From NCBI GenBank assembly GCA_016866775.1, contig VGLJ01000008.1, forward strand, positions 39,354 to 103,353: a stretch of 64,000 nt of DNA, in the 5' to 3' direction. Positions within the stretch are counted from its first letter, which is position 1. The number at the start of each line of letters is the position of its first letter. The translations under genes and the position numbers were made by a program. This DNA is from Candidatus Rokuibacteriota bacterium (lineage in GTDB: Bacteria; Methylomirabilota; Methylomirabilia; Rokubacteriales; CSP1-6). The notes under the pieces are model-generated. The model had not been told where the DNA came from and ran no database searches. It saw only the letters and a program-made list of their open reading frames with translations. This document shows positions 59,744-64,000 of the stretch, in pieces.

Positions 59744-60327
59744 CAGCAGTTGCGGCACCGGATCACGGAGACGGGTCGGGTCCAGAACGGGTCCCACGCG
59801 AGCTGCGCCTGGTTGAGCGCGCGGCGCGTCTCCGCGAGCTCGCGCGACCATTCCGCCGCGTAGTCGAGGCTCGCGATGAGATACGTGCGCCCGGCGTCGC
59901 CGAGCGGCGCGGCGCGCAGGAGCGCGAGCGCCTGATCGACGAGCGCGGCGAAGCGCGGGTCGAGCGGCATCGCGCGCAAGGCGGTGAGCGACTCCTGCGC
60001 CCTGGCGTCGTCGCGCTTGCGCACGTAGGCGAGCGCCAGATAGAGCCGGGCGGCCGCCTGTTCGGGAGCCCGCGCCACCGCGTCGCTCAGCGCGGCGGTC
60101 GCGTCGTCGTACGCGCCGAGCCGGTATTTCGCGATGCCGAGGCCGATCAGCGCGTCGAGGCGCTCCGGTTCTTCGGCGAGCGCCTTTTCGAACTGCGCGA
60201 CCGCGTCCGCCGGCCGTCCCGCCCGCAGCGCCTCGCGCCCGACCGCGGTCGGCGTCGTCGCGCAGCCCGCCGCCGCGAGCAGGGTCACGAGCACGAGCGC
60301 GAATGTCCCTCGATGGCGCCACGTCAT
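59743..60327 (-). CDS. Tetratricopeptide-repeat lipoprotein
   Basis: Lipobox AAGC, TPR-like helices, AAGGAG RBS. Confidence 0.75.
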   Translation of the reverse strand: MTWRHRGTFALVLVTLLAAAGCATTPTAVGREALRAGRPADAVAQFEKALAEEPERLDALIGLGIAKYRLGAYDDATAALSDAVARAPEQAAARLYLALAYVRKRDDARAQESLTALRAMPLDPRFAALVDQALALLRAAPLGDAGRTYLIASLDYAAEWSRELAETRRALNQAQLAWDPFWTRPVSVIRCRNC

Positions 60328-60388
60328 GGACAACTCCTTCGGAGAACTCTCAAGAGGATTATAGTCACCAGGAAAGGAGACAGCGCCC

Positions 60389-61675
60389 ATGGCGGACATC
60401 CAGTACTTCAGCGGGCTTCCCGAAGTGGGCGTCGTCCCGCGCGCGCCGCACGCCGGTCCGCTCCTCCAGCACGTGTACGAGCAGGAGCACGGGCGCGGCG
60501 GCTTCAGCGGCAAGGTGACGCACACGTATCACCTCTATCCGCCGACGAACTGGCTCCCGGGCGAGACGCGTCACCTCGAGGCCTGGGCGCCGCGCTGGGA
60601 ATCGCCGCTCAGACCGCTCGGCGGCATCCACCACGCGCTCGGGGTCGCGCCCCAGGAGATCACCGACGTCTACCGCGGGATGGCGCGCCTCGTCGCCAAC
60701 GCGACGTGCACGATGAACGTGACGGCGCCCCGCGCGCCGATGGAGTACTTCTTCGAGCACCACTCCGCCTCGATGATCTTCTTCGTCCACGAGGGCGGCG
60801 GCACGCTCGAGACGACGTTCGGGCCGATCGCCTACGGCAAGGGCGACTTCCTCATCATCCCGAAGGGCGTGATGCACCGCTTCGACCTGGCGCCGGGCCC
60901 GCAGTACTACTGGATGTACGAGTCGTTCGCGGGCGATCCGGAGAAGTCCGAGGCGCCGACGACCGGGCGGTTCCTCACGCACTCGCAGAGCGACTACAAG
61001 TTCCCGCGGTCGCTCGCGACGGTCAACGAGTCCGGACGCTTCGAGGTGATCTCGAAGACGGACGACGCGTACACGCGGCGCGTGCACCCGACGCATCCGT
61101 TCGACGTCATCGGCTGGCGCGGCGACTACCTGCCGTACAAGTTCGCGGTCGAGGACGTGCGCCCGCTCGTCGCCGATCGCTCGCACGTGCCGCCGTCGGG
61201 TCACACGATCTTCAAGCTCCCCGGCTGCTACCTCTGCATCTTCACCGTGCGCTCGGTGGAGAAGGAAGGCATGTGGCTGCCGTTCTTCCACCGCAACCTC
61301 GACTACTGCGAGACGCTCGGCTACCACTTCGGCGACTTCTTCAGCCAGGGCCGGCGCGCGATCGTCGGGCCGGGCATGGTCACGGTGCATCCCGTCGGCT
61401 TGCCGCACGGCCCGAAGCCGTCGGCGCTCGAGGCGTTCATGAGCGGCCGCCGCGGGGAGATCCACGACGAGGTCGCGGTGATGGCGGACTTTGCGAACCC
61501 CACGCGGATCTCGGAGTTTGCGCTCGGCCTGAGCCACCCGGACTACATGAGCGCGTGGTCGGGATACACGGCGTCCCCGAAGTTCGCGTACGACCCCGCC
61601 CGCCTCGACGACGTCCGCGCGATCGCGGAGCGCCTGGCCGGCGCGCGCGACGGGCTCCGGCCCAAGGGCGAATGA
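60389..61675 (+). CDS. hmgA: Homogentisate 1,2-dioxygenase-like protein
   Basis: E..GR.GFSG..T..YH..PP, HPFDVIGW.G...P, HVPPS.H, PFFHRN.D..E, HP.G.PHGP. Confidence 0.75.
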   Translation: MADIQYFSGLPEVGVVPRAPHAGPLLQHVYEQEHGRGGFSGKVTHTYHLYPPTNWLPGETRHLEAWAPRWESPLRPLGGIHHALGVAPQEITDVYRGMARLVANATCTMNVTAPRAPMEYFFEHHSASMIFFVHEGGGTLETTFGPIAYGKGDFLIIPKGVMHRFDLAPGPQYYWMYESFAGDPEKSEAPTTGRFLTHSQSDYKFPRSLATVNESGRFEVISKTDDAYTRRVHPTHPFDVIGWRGDYLPYKFAVEDVRPLVADRSHVPPSGHTIFKLPGCYLCIFTVRSVEKEGMWLPFFHRNLDYCETLGYHFGDFFSQGRRAIVGPGMVTVHPVGLPHGPKPSALEAFMSGRRGEIHDEVAVMADFANPTRISEFALGLSHPDYMSAWSGYTASPKFAYDPARLDDVRAIAERLAGARDGLRPKGE

Positions 61676-61686
61676 GCACTCGCGAA

Positions 61687-61748
61687 GGGCGCGCATTCAC
61701 TGCGCGCCCGGAGCGTGGGGGGCTTGGGGGGCGCCCGGAGCCCCCCAA
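61687..61748. repeat. G-rich double-hairpin intergenic element
   Basis: gggcgcgca-ttcac-tgcgcgccc, a G6 tract, then ttggggggc-gcccgga-gccccccaa. Confidence 0.75.
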
Positions 61749-61751
61749 CTC

Positions 61752-62639
61752 ATGACCGTCATCACCCTCGCCTGTCCGTGCGGCGAAGTCTACGAGCTGA
61801 AGCCCGAGTACGCGGGCCGGCTCCTCGAATGCCCGGTGTGCGCGCGCCACCTGCGCGCGGGCCGTCGCCCGGACACGCCGCGCCTGCCGCAACCCGACAC
61901 GGATCCGGCGTTCGATCGCGACGTCTTCCTGCTCCGCGAGCGCGTGCTCACGATCACCTCGAAGTACGAGGTGTGGGCCGAGGACGGCACGCCGGTTCTC
62001 TACGTCGAGCGTCCGACCTATCCCGTCCGCACGGTCCTCGCCTATCTGGTCGGCGCGATGGCGGCCTCGGTCGTTCTCGGATGGGTGCCGGGGGCGGGCG
62101 GCAACCAGGCCGTGGACGCGCTCGCTTCCCTGGTCGGCTACGGGCTCGCGCTCGCCACGCTGGTGCTCGTGTCGATGTCGGTGCGGCCGCGGCGGCACGT
62201 CACCATCTACCGCGACGACTCGCGCGCCGAGGTCGTGATGCGCGTGCTGCAGGACCAGCGCATCGCGTTCCTGGTGCGGACCTACACGGTGACCTCGCGC
62301 GACGGCGCGCTGCTCGCGCGCCTGAGCAAGAACTACGCGCACAACGTGATCCGCAAGCGGTGGCGGATCGAGGACCCGCCGGGGCATCTCGCCGCGCTCG
62401 CCATCGAAGATTCCGTCGTGCTGTCGCTGATGCGGCGCGTGCTCGGTACCTTCTTCGGGCTGCTGCGGACGAACTTCGTGTTCCAGACCGTCGACGGCAC
62501 CGAGCTCGGCGAGTTCAACCGGAAATTCACGCTGTTCGACCGGTACGTCCTCGACCTCACCACCGACGCCGAGCGGACGCTCGACCGGCGCGTCGCGCTC
62601 GCCGCCGGCATCATGCTCGACACGGGGGAGCGCCGCTGA
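61752..62639 (+). CDS. Hypothetical membrane protein: Zn ribbon + TM hairpin + LURP-one/scramblase-like domain
   Basis: CPCG..CPVC, two hydrophobic segments, RKFTLFDRYVLDL...DRRVALAA.I.LD. Confidence 0.6.
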   Translation: MTVITLACPCGEVYELKPEYAGRLLECPVCARHLRAGRRPDTPRLPQPDTDPAFDRDVFLLRERVLTITSKYEVWAEDGTPVLYVERPTYPVRTVLAYLVGAMAASVVLGWVPGAGGNQAVDALASLVGYGLALATLVLVSMSVRPRRHVTIYRDDSRAEVVMRVLQDQRIAFLVRTYTVTSRDGALLARLSKNYAHNVIRKRWRIEDPPGHLAALAIEDSVVLSLMRRVLGTFFGLLRTNFVFQTVDGTELGEFNRKFTLFDRYVLDLTTDAERTLDRRVALAAGIMLDTGERR

Positions 62640-62674
62640 GCGAGCCCGAGCGTGCGCTGCGCATCACGCCGGAG

Positions 62675-63376
62675 ATGCTCATCCGGCGGCGCGTCGACTT
62701 CGAGCGGCGCATGCGGCGGCTGCCGCCGCTGACCCTCGCCATTGTCGGCGTGCTCGCGGCGATCTTCCTCGTCGAGGTCGGGCTCGAAGTGCTCGATTCG
62801 CCGGAGGCGTTGCTCCTCGCCGGCGCGCTGGCGCGCGAGGCCGTGCTGGCGGGCGAGTGGTGGCGGGTCGTCACCGCGATCTTCCTGCACGGAGGGGTCG
62901 ATCACATCGTCGGCAACGCGGTGGCGCTGTTCGTCCTCGGCATGGTGTGCGAGCACGCCTTCGGCCGCGTGCAGTTCGCGTTTCTCTTCGTCGCGAGCGG
63001 CATCGCGGGCAGCATCGTCAGCACGCTCTCGAGCCCGGGGCCGTCCGTCGGCGCGTCGGGCGCGATCTTCGGCCTGCAGGGCGCGGCGATCGTGCTCTTC
63101 CGCGTGCACCGCGAGCGGCTCCTGGTGCGCGACCGCCGCATCGGGCTCGTGCTGATCGTGTGGGCGGTCTACTCGATCGCGCAGGGCGTGGTGACGCCGT
63201 ACATCGACAACGGCGCGCATCTCGGCGGACTGCTCGGCGGCATCCTCATCGCCCGGCGCCTGCATCCGGTGGTGCTCGAGCCCCCGCCGGACCAGGTGCG
63301 CGTGCGGATCCGCCGTCAGGGATGGGCGACGCTCGCGGTGCTCGTCGCCGCCGCGGTCGGCTGGCTGCTGCGCTAG
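62675..63376 (+). CDS. Rhomboid family intramembrane serine protease
   Basis: GEWWR..T..FLH....H...N, GASGAIFG, AHLGG. Confidence 0.92.
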   Translation: MLIRRRVDFERRMRRLPPLTLAIVGVLAAIFLVEVGLEVLDSPEALLLAGALAREAVLAGEWWRVVTAIFLHGGVDHIVGNAVALFVLGMVCEHAFGRVQFAFLFVASGIAGSIVSTLSSPGPSVGASGAIFGLQGAAIVLFRVHRERLLVRDRRIGLVLIVWAVYSIAQGVVTPYIDNGAHLGGLLGGILIARRLHPVVLEPPPDQVRVRIRRQGWATLAVLVAAAVGWLLR

Positions 63377-63382
63377 GCGCGC

Positions 63383-64000
63383 CTACTCGATGATCCGGTC
63401 GGCCCGCAGCAACAGGGCCGGCGGAATCGTCAGCCCGATCGCCCTGGCGGCCCTGACGTTGATGACGGTCTCGAAGGTCGTCGGGAGTCCCACCGGCAAG
63501 TCGGCGGGCCTGGCGCCCTTCAGGACCCTGTCGACGTAGCTCGCGATCTGACGCCAGGACTCGCGGAGGTTCGGACCGTACGTCATCACGTTGCCCGCGT
63601 CCGCGAACTCCGCCCATCCGGAGATCGCGGGAATGCGGCGGCGCGACGCGAACTCGGCGACGGCGCCCGCCTGCGCGACGATCAGGACGTCCGGAAACGC
63701 GACGATGGCTTCGGCGCGCTCGCGCACGATCGCCTCGAACACCGCCTCGAAATCGGCAGGCCGTGCGACGCGCAGGTACTGCACCGTCATCCCGAGCCGC
63801 TGGGCCGCGGCCCTCGACTCGCGCAGCTCGGTCTGCTCGCCGGCGTGACTCGGGTTCGCGAGGATCGCAACGCGTGAGACGCCGGGGATCGCGTCCTTGA
63901 GCAGCTCGAGGCGTTTGCCCACGAGCTCGAAGCCGAGGAACGTCATGCCCGTGAGCGTCCCGCCCGGCTTCGCGAGGCTGGCGACGAACCCGGCCTCCAC
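63383..64000 (-). CDS. ABC_sub_bind family substrate-binding protein (5' truncated by window edge)
   Basis: GFVASLAKPGG..TG, KRLELLK, YVDRVLKGARPADLPV..PT.FE.VIN..A.AIGLTIP..LL.RAD. Confidence 0.88.
   Translation of the reverse strand: MEAGFVASLAKPGGTLTGMTFLGFELVGKRLELLKDAIPGVSRVAILANPSHAGEQTELRESRAAAQRLGMTVQYLRVARPADFEAVFEAIVRERAEAIVAFPDVLIVAQAGAVAEFASRRRIPAISGWAEFADAGNVMTYGPNLRESWRQIASYVDRVLKGARPADLPVGLPTTFETVINVRAARAIGLTIPPALLLRADRIIE

Noticed and set aside
59743-59757. CRNC-TGA at the end of the TPR gene as another Sec site
   Set aside because: The CxxC is already complete, a second TGA follows in frame, and the stop overlaps the next gene's ATG.

Overview
This is a very GC-rich, gene-dense bacterial window of about 62 CDSs. 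I found no rRNA, tRNA, CRISPR array or transposase. Gene content (ABC_sub_bind and LivK-type binding proteins, CoA-transferase, LLM, CoxL-like, tmk-holB-ricT-metG-tatD) resembles Candidatus Rokubacteria/Methylomirabilota; this is an inference. Main blocks: (1) a catabolic run at 1-11 kb; (2) a liv-type ABC operon with a duplicated livF; (3) kup, a triple-Rid protein, MFS, nagZ plus a DUF1460 amidase, typA, two retropepsin-like genes and two cyclophilins; (4) a Mo/W island with tupAB, modABC, a xanthine-dehydrogenase-family MSL enzyme, modE, tupC and moaC; (5) the housekeeping tmk-holB-ricT-metG-tatD cluster. Most notable observations: an AhpD/CMD-family gene whose CxxC is encoded as C-E-Y-TGA-V-K-A-H with a SECIS-like hairpin (probable selenoprotein, split in two by the ORF track); G/C-rich palindromic elements, one with 41-bp arms sitting in frame in ggt just before the catalytic Thr and another forming a G-quadruplex/hairpin motif at the 5' end of modE; a promoter-leader-terminator unit upstream of the moaC operon; a ModE-like operator at tupA; repeated leaderless-type -10 boxes; and several small internal deletions or frameshifts.
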